The translations under genes and the position numbers were made by a program. A DNA stretch of 64,000 nt from assembly GCA_045803545.1 (NCBI GenBank), contig JBJMOW010000004.1, forward strand, positions 992,001 to 1,056,000. Reading direction: 5' to 3'. A model generated the notes under the pieces. That model worked only from the letters and a program-made list of their open reading frames with translations, made no database searches and was not told where the DNA came from. Position 1 is the stretch's first letter; each line of letters starts with the position of its first letter. This DNA is from Gemmatimonadaceae bacterium (GTDB taxonomy: Bacteria; Gemmatimonadota; Gemmatimonadetes; Gemmatimonadales; Gemmatimonadaceae). Shown piece after piece: positions 56,115 through 64,000 of the stretch.

Positions 56115-57002
56115 CTAACTCCAGAATCCCGCGAGGGCCGAGCCGTCCGGTGATTCGCGCAATTTCTCGAAAGCGCGCTCGCGGATCTGTCTGATTCGCT
56201 CGCGCGTGACCCCCATCAGTGCGCCGATCTTCTCGAGCGTCATGGCGTCTGAGCCCTGTTCCAGGCCGTAGTACAAGTGAAGGATCTTCCTTTCGCGTGG
56301 CGTCAGGTACTTCCTGAAGACGCGGTCGATGAACTCGCGCATCAAGTGGAAGTCGGTGACATCCTCGATCTCGCCACCATCCACACCGGCGAACCGTTCA
56401 CCGAGCGTGCACGCCTCGCGATCCGAGCGATCGATCGGCGCGTCGAGCGAGATCTCGGTCGCCGACATCTGCTTGGCGCTGCGGACAGCGTCCGGAGTCT
56501 CCTCCAGCAGTCGGCCGATTTCGTTGTCAGTTGGATCGCGCTTGAGAACCTGGGAGAGAACTGTCTGGGCGCGGGCGAGTCTGATTAGCTGGGAATTCTG
56601 GTTGAGCGGGATCCTCACGCTCCGGGTCTGCTCTGCCAATGCCTTCAGGACGGCTTGCCGCACCCACCACACTGCGTAACTGATGAATTTGACGCCCTGA
56701 TCCGGATCGAACTTTCTTACCGCTTTGAGCAACCCTTCGTTACCGATCGCTACGAGCTCACCGAGGTCGAGTCCGTGGCCCTGATACTTCTTCACATACG
56801 AGATAACGAATCGAAGGTTGGCGGTGACCAGCCGCTCTGCTGCTTTCTCGTCTCCCGCTTGCGCGCGTCGCGCAAGTCGACGCTCTTCTTCAGCGTCGGT
56901 AATAAGTGGGAGCTTCTGGATGTCCTGGAGGTACTGGTCGAAAGCGGTGGAGGGGGAAGAACGGAAGAAACCTTTGGATCTACTTTCGCCCGTAGTCTGC
57001 AT
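56115..57002 (-). CDS. RpoD/SigA-family sigma-70 factor lacking region 1.1
   Basis: ANLRFVIS, KFISYAVWWVRQ, TLEKIG...TRERIRQI. Confidence 0.92.
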   Translation of the reverse strand: MQTTGESRSKGFFRSSPSTAFDQYLQDIQKLPLITDAEEERRLARRAQAGDEKAAERLVTANLRFVISYVKKYQGHGLDLGELVAIGNEGLLKAVRKFDPDQGVKFISYAVWWVRQAVLKALAEQTRSVRIPLNQNSQLIRLARAQTVLSQVLKRDPTDNEIGRLLEETPDAVRSAKQMSATEISLDAPIDRSDREACTLGERFAGVDGGEIEDVTDFHLMREFIDRVFRKYLTPRERKILHLYYGLEQGSDAMTLEKIGALMGVTRERIRQIRERAFEKLRESPDGSALAGFWS

Positions 57003-57171
57003 AAGCCCCTTGGTAGAGACACTATGGACGGGCGTACCTGGGTGGCGCGCCCGGCTTTCGGTGGACGCGCACATTAACAATCGGAATGCTCAGCAGTCAA
57101 CAGCCATGTTTCATGCCACAAACATGACAGCTATTTTTTGGGGTTTCTTCGGGGGAAACCCTCAAACCACA

Positions 57172-57357
57172 TCAGGCTGGAGGTGCCGGCGGATCCTTGG
57201 TCTTCGTTCTGGTGGTTGCAGTGACGATCGCAATTCCGATCAGGATGATCGCGCCAACGATCACCCAGGTCTGGGAAACGCCGAGCAGAACCGCCGCGAT
57301 CGCCAAGCCGATGATGAGGACGATAAATCCGATCAGATAGGTGCTGAACGAGGACAT
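57172..57357 (-). CDS. Small two-TM membrane protein
   Basis: 61 aa, two hydrophobic helices, basic/Pro tail. Confidence 0.75.
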   Translation of the reverse strand: MSSFSTYLIGFIVLIIGLAIAAVLLGVSQTWVIVGAIILIGIAIVTATTRTKTKDPPAPPA

Positions 57358-57413
57358 GGTTGTCTCGGGTTCGAGTCAGCGGGTGGGGTCGCAATCAGTG
57401 TACCAAGGCTCGA

Positions 57414-57587
57414 CTGCGGGATGCGAGCTAACTGATCGGTCCGAACTGCGAGCTGATTACGAGATGCGAGCTAACTGCGAGATGAGGGCGATGCGAGCTG
57501 ACTGGAGGGCTAGCCCTCAACTCGTAACTAGCTCGCATCTCGCATCTGATCGCAGCCCGCAACAATCAGTTGGCTCGCACCCCGCAG
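57414..57587. repeat. About 175-bp inverted-repeat element of TGCGAG/CTCGCA units
   Basis: ctgcgggatgcgagctaactgat pairs with atcagttggctcgcaccccgcag (21 of 23 Watson-Crick); internal TGCGAG repeats. Confidence 0.85.
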
Positions 57588-57589
57588 CC

Positions 57590-58399
57590 TTACCGCTTGG
57601 CGATGCCGTCCCAGCGAGTCGGAACGAGAGTGTCGTTCGGCACGGTCTCGACTTCACGCGCGACCAGGATCGCGCTCCCCCAATGACGGCCGAAGCGGGC
57701 GGCTTCTCTGCAGTCCGGATTCCAGATGTCGAGCGTAGCGCCGAGCACATTGCCGCCGGTGTCGTCGACCAGGTAACGACCGAGGTACTCGTCGCCGAGG
57801 AAGACTTCGACGTAACGCGCGAGCGGGAAAATGCGCGGGTCGGCGGCGACGATGCCGTGACGGGTCTGCCGTCCGCGGCGAGTTTCACCCTGTACGCAGT
57901 ACTGGGTGAGCGACACGGGAATGGTGATTCCGTCCTGGGCCCGTGCGAATTTCGAAGGAATCAGCGGCAGGATTCCCTTCTTCATCTTGATCGCTTCGTG
58001 CGCGGTGGCCCGCACGACATTGCGCGGAATCGACTCGACGCCTCTCGCGATCGGCTTAGTGACTGCAGCGGTCGCGCGTGCAACTTTCACGGTCGCCGAC
58101 GGGACTGCCTTGGCGAGAGTCGCCACGGCGCGCATCGGGGCGGTGAGCATGCCCGCTTCGCTGTGCACGCCTTCGATGTCCGCCAGGATCTGCGGCTCGA
58201 GAGGCGGCAAGGAGGCCGGAGTAATCTCGCTGGCGGCTTCTACCGGCGAGAGCGACGGCAAGGCGATGGCGCCGGTTGCCACCAGGGCGACCGCGAGGGT
58301 GACTGCCGAGATGGTGCGAGCGATGTCCGCGCGCGACCGCGCCGGGCTACCAGAGGCCGGCACTTCATAGGTACCGCGAGAGACATTGCTGTTTTTCAT
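57590..58399 (-). CDS. 3D domain protein (cell-wall associated)
   Basis: N-terminal TM; TQYC...VAADP...DDTGG...LDIW three-Asp motif. Confidence 0.82.
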   Translation of the reverse strand: MKNSNVSRGTYEVPASGSPARSRADIARTISAVTLAVALVATGAIALPSLSPVEAASEITPASLPPLEPQILADIEGVHSEAGMLTAPMRAVATLAKAVPSATVKVARATAAVTKPIARGVESIPRNVVRATAHEAIKMKKGILPLIPSKFARAQDGITIPVSLTQYCVQGETRRGRQTRHGIVAADPRIFPLARYVEVFLGDEYLGRYLVDDTGGNVLGATLDIWNPDCREAARFGRHWGSAILVAREVETVPNDTLVPTRWDGIAKR

Positions 58400-59514
58400 G
58401 CAAGCACCTCCCGTAGCTGATCGTTACTTACCGAAACCGTCCACCCTGATTCCTCTCCCGCCATGCTGCCGACGCGTCTAGGTAAGGCAAACCTTGTCTT
58501 ACCGCCCCGCGCTTTCTTATCCGACCCCATCGCGGCGATAACCGCATCCGACTCACAGGAGTCGGGCAAAGTCGTCGGGAGGCTGAAGGCCCGGAGCGCG
58601 CCAACAATGGCATCCGCGGTCCCCGGTTCGGCGACTCCCAGCCTTTCGGCGAGTCGCGCCTCCAACGCCATCCCTACCGCGATCGCTTCTCCGTGAAGGA
58701 GAGTGTAGCCACTAACGAGCTCGATCGCGTGGCCGATGGTATGGCCAAAATTCAGAGTTTTTCGAAGGCCTTCCTCCCGTTCATCACGTGAGACAACTGC
58801 GGCCTTGATCTCAATACTATGGACGATGGCGGCGAGCATGCTGTCACTCGTCGGACCGTCCTTCGCCAGCAGCTTTTTGGCGCCGCCGACGACCGTACGA
58901 AGATAAGCCTCGTCGGCGATTACGCCATGCTTGATAACCTCTGCAAATCCCGCACGCATCTCGTTAAGTGGAAGCGTGGCAAGGACTTGCGGGTCCACAA
59001 TTATTGCGGCTGGGTGGTGAAAAACGCCGACCAGGTTCTTGCCAGCGGGGGTGTCGACAGCCGTTTTCCCCCCGATCGCTGAATCCACCATCGCCATCAG
59101 GCTGGTGGGGACCTGAACGATGGGTATACCGCGCATAAAAGTGGCTGCGAGGAACCCAGCGAGGTCGCCCACGACGCCTCCGCCAAGTGCGATGACGGCG
59201 GAATCGCGGCCGAATCCGCGGACCAGCAATTGGTCGGTCAGGCTGCCCCAGGTATCCCGGGTCTTGTTCGACTCGCCGGGGGCGATCGTCAGTACGTCGA
59301 CTTTGTCCCGGTTGAACGCTTTTTTGACCTGGGAGGCGTAGATGGGGCCGACGTTCGCGTCGGTGACGATCGCGTAGCGATGGGCCGGCGCGACCTCCTT
59401 TGCGATTGCCGCAACGTGGGAGATCAAACCGGGCGCGACCCTGATCGACGACGCACCGAGCGCGATCCGCTGATGGGCGGGTAGCGCGGGCGTAGGAGGT
59501 GTTTTGGCTACCAG
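58396..59514 (-). CDS. aroB: 3-dehydroquinate synthase, start possibly CTG 59514 (track start TTG 59427)
   Basis: GGGVVGDLAGF, MRG, PTSL..MVDSAIGGKT, LNFGHTIGHA, HGEA, DKK. Confidence 0.93.
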   Translation of the reverse strand: MVAKTPPTPALPAHQRIALGASSIRVAPGLISHVAAIAKEVAPAHRYAIVTDANVGPIYASQVKKAFNRDKVDVLTIAPGESNKTRDTWGSLTDQLLVRGFGRDSAVIALGGGVVGDLAGFLAATFMRGIPIVQVPTSLMAMVDSAIGGKTAVDTPAGKNLVGVFHHPAAIIVDPQVLATLPLNEMRAGFAEVIKHGVIADEAYLRTVVGGAKKLLAKDGPTSDSMLAAIVHSIEIKAAVVSRDEREEGLRKTLNFGHTIGHAIELVSGYTLLHGEAIAVGMALEARLAERLGVAEPGTADAIVGALRAFSLPTTLPDSCESDAVIAAMGSDKKARGGKTRFALPRRVGSMAGEESGWTVSVSNDQLREVLA

Positions 59515-60053
59515 GTTACTTCACCCGCGCCGCTGAGTACGTTGGCGAGCCGCGCCAGAGTGAAGAGCAGATCGGATAGCCGATTCAGATAGACGACGAC
59601 GATTTGTGGTATCTCCACCTCGCGCTGCAGCCCGACCACCTTGCGCTCGGCGCGGCGGCAAACCGTTCGCGCGACGTGAAGCATCGCGCCCTTCTTGCTG
59701 CCGCCGGGAATGATGAAAGCCTTGAGCGGCTCGAGGTCGCGGTCCGAGTCGTCTATCGCCTGTTCCAGCTCCCCGATGCGGCGGTCATCGATGTTTGCCT
59801 TGGCGAGGTGCTTGTGCATTTTGTCGAGATCCGGCGTCGCCAGCAGCGCTCCGATGCTGAAGAGATCGCGCTGCATAGGAACAAGGATCTCATCGATGCG
59901 GGGCAGCGATTCGATGGCGCGGGCCATTCCGATTACGGCGTTGAGCTCGTCTACATCTCCATACGCTTCGACCCGGGGATCATCCTTCGGAACTCGGCCG
60001 CCGCCGAAGAGGCCGGTATCGCCGGCATCGCCCGTTTTTGTGTAGATCTTCAT
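59508..60053 (-). CDS. Cob(I)alamin adenosyltransferase, PduO type
   Basis: KIYTKTGD.G.T, YGDVDELN, RTVCRRAER, YLNRLSD. Confidence 0.93.
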   Translation of the reverse strand: MKIYTKTGDAGDTGLFGGGRVPKDDPRVEAYGDVDELNAVIGMARAIESLPRIDEILVPMQRDLFSIGALLATPDLDKMHKHLAKANIDDRRIGELEQAIDDSDRDLEPLKAFIIPGGSKKGAMLHVARTVCRRAERKVVGLQREVEIPQIVVVYLNRLSDLLFTLARLANVLSGAGEVTW

Positions 60054-60104
60054 CGCGACCAAATCTATGCTGTTCGGTGCGCTCGCATTGACGCACTATT
60101 CGGC

Positions 60105-60365
60105 ATGTCGCGTACAGATAATGGCGCCCCGGACGACGAGGACCTGGATACTGAATTTCCGCTCGGTGACGGCACGGCTGAGACAACGGCCAGCGTCCAC
60201 TGTCCCTATTGCAACGAGGTCGTGGAGATCGCGATCGATCCCGGCGGCGGGCCATCGCAACAGTACGTTGAGGACTGCGAGGTATGTTGCCAACCGTGGA
60301 CGGTCAACCTCCACTACAGCGGAGATGGATCGGCGCAGGTGAGTTTGACCCCACTCGATCAATAG
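60105..60365 (+). CDS. CPXCG-motif cysteine-rich protein
   Basis: CPYCNE...YVEDCEVCCQPW. Confidence 0.85.
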   Translation: MSRTDNGAPDDEDLDTEFPLGDGTAETTASVHCPYCNEVVEIAIDPGGGPSQQYVEDCEVCCQPWTVNLHYSGDGSAQVSLTPLDQ

Positions 60366-60452
60366 CTTCACCGCTCGTTCTGAATGCGGAGAAACGAAAG
60401 GTTTCACCGCCAGGTTCGCGCATCTGCCTACTATATATTTCGGGTCAGAGAG

Positions 60453-61469
60453 ATGAGCCACGAAATCGTCGATATCACCATCATCGGCGGCGGTCCAACC
60501 GGGCTGTTCGCCGCTTTTTATGCCGGGATGCGGGGAGCGACGTCGCAAATCGTCGACGCGCTCCCACAGCTCGGCGGACAGCTGGCCGCGCTGTACCCGG
60601 AGAAGTACATCTTCGACGTCGGCGGATTCTCCAAGATTCTCGCCAAGGATCTGGTCAACACGCTGGTCGAGCAGGCGGCGCAATTCCGGTTCAAGTCGCA
60701 CCTCAACCAGAACGTCGTGGCGCTCGAGCAGAATGGGGATCACTTCTTCCTTGTTACTGAGACGGACCGTTTTCCGACCCGCGCCATTGTCATAGCGGCG
60801 GGAATCGGCGCGTTTTCTCCACGCCGGCTTCCGCAGCAGTGCGCGGAGCCCTGGTACGGTCGCGGGATTTTCGATCGCGTGGCCAATCCGGAGGAATTCC
60901 GCGGCCAGCGCATCGTCATCATCGGCGGCGGTGACTCAGCCTTCGATTGGGCGCAGCAGCTGCGAGATCGCGCGCGGGCGGTGACGCTCGTCCACCGGAG
61001 TGACAAGTATCGCGCGCACGGCGCGACAATCGCCGATGTGGTGGCCGCGGCCGGTGAAGGCCGTACGACCTTGCTGCCATTTCACGAGCTGCACGATGTA
61101 CTGTCGGAGGATGACCGACTTACCGGGGTGACACTGCGCGATGTGAAAGCGAAGACGACCCGCGATATCGAGGCGGACGCCATTCTGCCGATGCTGGGAT
61201 TTCACAGCGACATCGGTGCGCTCGGAGAGTGGGGACTGAACTGCGAGAACGACGAGATCATCGTCAACAGCATGATGGAGACAGGGCGGGCAGGTATTTA
61301 CGCCGCTGGAGACATCACCACCTATCCGGGCAAGCTAAAGCTGATCGCAACCGGATTCGGGGAAGCGGCGACGGCGGTCAATCAGGCCGTGCACTGGATC
61401 TACCCGGACAAGAAAGTGAATCCCGGGCACAGCTCCAACATGGCGATTTTCGGCCAGAAGGACGATTAG
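60453..61469 (+). CDS. Ferredoxin-NADP+ reductase, TrxR-like (YumC type)
   Basis: GGGPTG, YPEKYIFDVGGF, GGGDSAFDW, KLKLIATGFGE, PGHSS; no CxxC. Confidence 0.9.
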   Translation: MSHEIVDITIIGGGPTGLFAAFYAGMRGATSQIVDALPQLGGQLAALYPEKYIFDVGGFSKILAKDLVNTLVEQAAQFRFKSHLNQNVVALEQNGDHFFLVTETDRFPTRAIVIAAGIGAFSPRRLPQQCAEPWYGRGIFDRVANPEEFRGQRIVIIGGGDSAFDWAQQLRDRARAVTLVHRSDKYRAHGATIADVVAAAGEGRTTLLPFHELHDVLSEDDRLTGVTLRDVKAKTTRDIEADAILPMLGFHSDIGALGEWGLNCENDEIIVNSMMETGRAGIYAAGDITTYPGKLKLIATGFGEAATAVNQAVHWIYPDKKVNPGHSSNMAIFGQKDD

Positions 61470-62023
61470 TTCGGCTCGTCGAGTCGGGTGCGGCTCAGGG
61501 CTGGTGCCGGAGTGGGCGAACCCGGAATAGCTGTGAGGGCATGTTCGTCGCGACCGGCGCGAATGCAAAGGATCCAGGTCAACATCGCAGTGCCTAAAGT
61601 GACGGCGAGGTCCGCGAGGTTGAACGTCCAGAAGCGGTGCGATTGGATGCCGATATCGATGAAGTCCACGACACCGCGCGGGGACTTGATGCGGTCGAGC
61701 AGATTCCCGACCGCGCCGCCGCAGATGAGCGCAATCGAGGCGATCTGCAGCCGATCATCCCGCGGAGTTTGCCGGTACATATAAAGAAGCACGAGCAGCG
61801 TTCCGATGGAGAGCAGCACGAACCACCAGCGGGACGATGGTCCGAGCGAGAAGCTCATCGCGCCCTCGGGGTTATAAGCGAGGGTGAAACGGAGGATATC
61901 GTCAACGATGTTGTGCGGTACGTACGCGGGCGACAGCCGGTTCACCGCGAGCTTTTTGCTGACGAGGTCGACCAGAACCGTCATCAGAAAAATCGTCCAG
62001 AATTTATTGGCTCTTTGCGGCAT
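61466..62023 (-). CDS. lspA: Lipoprotein signal peptidase II
   Basis: N.EGAMS, GAVGNLLDR, VVDFI, FNLAD. Confidence 0.93.
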   Translation of the reverse strand: MPQRANKFWTIFLMTVLVDLVSKKLAVNRLSPAYVPHNIVDDILRFTLAYNPEGAMSFSLGPSSRWWFVLLSIGTLLVLLYMYRQTPRDDRLQIASIALICGGAVGNLLDRIKSPRGVVDFIDIGIQSHRFWTFNLADLAVTLGTAMLTWILCIRAGRDEHALTAIPGSPTPAPALSRTRLDEPN

Positions 62024-62131
62024 GAATCTCGTTAGGGTGTTCTGGCCTTACGGTTTTGAGCTTAATCGCGTTTCGCTGGAACAGGGACGACCAGCTGAAT
62101 CCGAAGTATTAGACAGCGCATTATAGATTCT

Positions 62132-62190
62132 AGCGGGAAGCGGGAAGCGGGAAGCGGGATGGAGATTGAGGATTAGAGGATTGGGGATGA
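62132..62190. repeat. Heptamer tandem repeats (AGCGGGA)4 followed by degenerate GAGGATT units
   Basis: Read directly; AGCGGGA repeats are the reverse complement of GCTTCCC repeats. Confidence 0.85.
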
Positions 62191-62208
62191 CGCGAGAGGA
62201 CTGGCGAT

Positions 62209-63642
62209 CTGACTAAGAAACCAACGCATTACCACCTGATCGGGATCGCTGGTACGGCGATGGCGTCGCTGGCGGGGCTGCTGAAAGCCGCCGGACATAA
62301 AGTCACCGGGTCCGACGAGAACGTTTACCCGCCCATGTCAACCAACCTGGAGCGCATGGGGATCACCTACGCTCAGGGTTACAAGCCGGAGAACCTTTCA
62401 CCGGCGCCTGACATCGTCGTGGTCGGCAATGTCATCTCGCGCGGGAATCCGGAGCTGGAAGAGGTGCTGATCCGGAAGCTGCGTTACACGTCAGCGGCTG
62501 CCACGATCAAAGAAGAATTCATATGGGGTCATCACTGCCTGGCGGTGGCGGGGACGCATGGCAAAACGACCACGACTTCGTTGCTGGCGTGGCTGCTGGA
62601 GTCGGCCGGACTCAACCCGAGCTTTCTGATTGGCGGTGTAGCTGAGAACTTCGGCACATCCTATCGACTCACGGGCTCGCGTTACTTCGTTATTGAAGCC
62701 GACGAGTACGACACGGCGTACTTCGACAAGGGTCCGAAGATGTGGCACTACCTGCCGGACACCGCGATCGTCAACAACATCGAATACGATCACGCCGACA
62801 TCTATCGCGACGAGGAGGCGTACAAGTTCGCCTTCGCGCGCTTCATCAATCTCGTTCCGAAGAACGGCGTGGTGATCGCTGGCTGGGACTCGCCAATCGT
62901 GCGAGAGCTTGCTCCCAAATCGCCGGCGCCTGTGCAGTCTTTTGCGTATGGGGATGACACAGTGACGTCGCAGGATGCGCAAGCACATTGGCACGCGCGC
63001 GATGTCGAGTTCGACGAGAGCGGCACCCGGTTCCGCGCTTTCAAGTCGACGGAAGAGTGGGGAAGAGTCGAGACACCTCTCGCGGGCGCGTTCAACGTGC
63101 GCAACGCGCTGGCAGTCATAGCGGCCGCGGAATCAGTGAAAGCCGATCGCGATGGTGTGCGTCAGGGATTCAAGACCTTCGCGAGTGTGAAGCGACGGAT
63201 GGAAGTCCGTGGTGAAGTTCGCGGCGTGACAGTGATCGACGATTTCGCGCATCATCCGACAGCGATCCGGGAGACGATCGACGCGGTGCGACAGAAGTAC
63301 AAAGGGCGGCGAATCGTTGCCATCTACGAGCCGAGGAGCTACACCGCGCAGCGGCGGGAATTTCAGGACGACTATGCGCGCGCCTTCGCTGGTGCGGAGG
63401 AGATTATTTTCGCGTCGTTGTATCGGCCGGATCGGTACACGAAAGAGACTGCGCTGGATCTCGGAAAGCTCGTTCGGGATCTGAGCACTAACGGCAAAAC
63501 CGCAAAAGAGCTCAAGGATGCTGACACGATCGTGCGTGATCTTGCTCCGCGCGCACGTGAGCGTGATGTGGTGTTGATCATGTCGAATGGCGGATTTGGC
63601 GGGATCCACCAGAAACTTCTCGACGCGCTCGGAGCTCGCTGA
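62209..63642 (+). CDS. mpl: Murein peptide ligase (UDP-MurNAc:tripeptide ligase), probable CTG start
   Basis: HYHLIGIAGTAMASLA, GSDENVYPPMST, GTHGKTTT, EADEYDTAYFDK, DDFAHHPTAI, MSNGGFGGIH. Confidence 0.9.
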   Translation: MTKKPTHYHLIGIAGTAMASLAGLLKAAGHKVTGSDENVYPPMSTNLERMGITYAQGYKPENLSPAPDIVVVGNVISRGNPELEEVLIRKLRYTSAAATIKEEFIWGHHCLAVAGTHGKTTTTSLLAWLLESAGLNPSFLIGGVAENFGTSYRLTGSRYFVIEADEYDTAYFDKGPKMWHYLPDTAIVNNIEYDHADIYRDEEAYKFAFARFINLVPKNGVVIAGWDSPIVRELAPKSPAPVQSFAYGDDTVTSQDAQAHWHARDVEFDESGTRFRAFKSTEEWGRVETPLAGAFNVRNALAVIAAAESVKADRDGVRQGFKTFASVKRRMEVRGEVRGVTVIDDFAHHPTAIRETIDAVRQKYKGRRIVAIYEPRSYTAQRREFQDDYARAFAGAEEIIFASLYRPDRYTKETALDLGKLVRDLSTNGKTAKELKDADTIVRDLAPRARERDVVLIMSNGGFGGIHQKLLDALGAR

Positions 63643-63645
63643 CGG

Positions 63646-64000
63646 CTACTCTGGGCTGATCTTTCGGCGCGGCACAATCGGGGTAAGGCGGGCTGATCCC
63701 GTTTTTGCGACGATTCCGAGTTTAAGAATGGTGTTCCAGTTCCGGCCGGTTCCCCGTCCCAGTCTCTTCTCGAGAACCGAGTGGGTGAGCTTCGATCGGC
63801 CCTGGCCGTCCGGGAAATAAATGTAGGCGTGCTTGCCCTTGGCGCGTACGACTTCGCGGCCGCGGATGTCGCCTTGCAGCGCGACGATGTCGGCCACGTC
63901 CGGCTCGCTCTTCAGGAACATCACTACGAGATGCCCCGAATCCTTCTCGGCTTCTTTGCGGAAAGGATTCTGGCGGATGATGGCCTTCCACTCATCCGGC
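63646..64000 (-). CDS. DUF1697 family protein, 5'-truncated by the window edge
   Basis: ..NPF...H..MFL...YIYFPDGQGRSKL...T.RNWNTILKL C-terminal signature. Confidence 0.8.
   Translation of the reverse strand, partial: PDEWKAIIRQNPFRKEAEKDSGHLVVMFLKSEPDVADIVALQGDIRGREVVRAKGKHAYIYFPDGQGRSKLTHSVLEKRLGRGTGRNWNTILKLGIVAKTGSARLTPIVPRRKISPE

Noticed and set aside
57341..58420. 359-aa plus-strand ORF
   Set aside because: Antisense to the 3D-domain gene and runs through a repeat element; no motifs.
59604..60104. Long N-terminal extension of the CPXCG protein
   Set aside because: Antisense to the adenosyltransferase; the real gene starts at 60105.
60432..60444. TATATATTTCGGG upstream of the ferredoxin-NADP reductase resembles the SOS-like box
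   Set aside because: Only one TTCGG half-site; the position 11 bp upstream reads CTACT. More likely just a -10 region.
1..64000. Prophage, integrase, transposase, tRNA or rRNA
   Set aside because: No recognisable motifs or structures found by eye; a tRNAscan or Rfam run would be needed to exclude small RNAs.

Overview
GC-rich bacterial chromosomal window with about 60 protein-coding genes. The gene repertoire and protein style suggest Gemmatimonadota; this is an inference, not a database result. I could not support any rRNA, tRNA, CRISPR array or transposase. Housekeeping blocks include gltA, thrA-thrC-thrB, glcDEF-ygfZ, aroB, lspA, mpl and a sigma-70 factor. Accessory modules include a degenerate-GGDEF response regulator/HEAT/GT2 operon and an ECF sigma/anti-sigma/two-secreted-HEAT operon. 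The strongest signal is an ImuA-ImuB-DnaE2 mutasome whose three genes are dispersed over about 17 kb. Each gene is preceded by its own copy of a direct repeat, TTCGG-N6-TTCGG, lying on a promoter-like sequence; this is a candidate lineage-specific SOS/LexA box. Also notable: three genes whose conserved N-termini appear to need CTG start codons, a family of heptamer (GCCTCCC/GCTTCCC) tandem repeats including an array inside imuB, and several 70-175 bp intergenic inverted-repeat elements.
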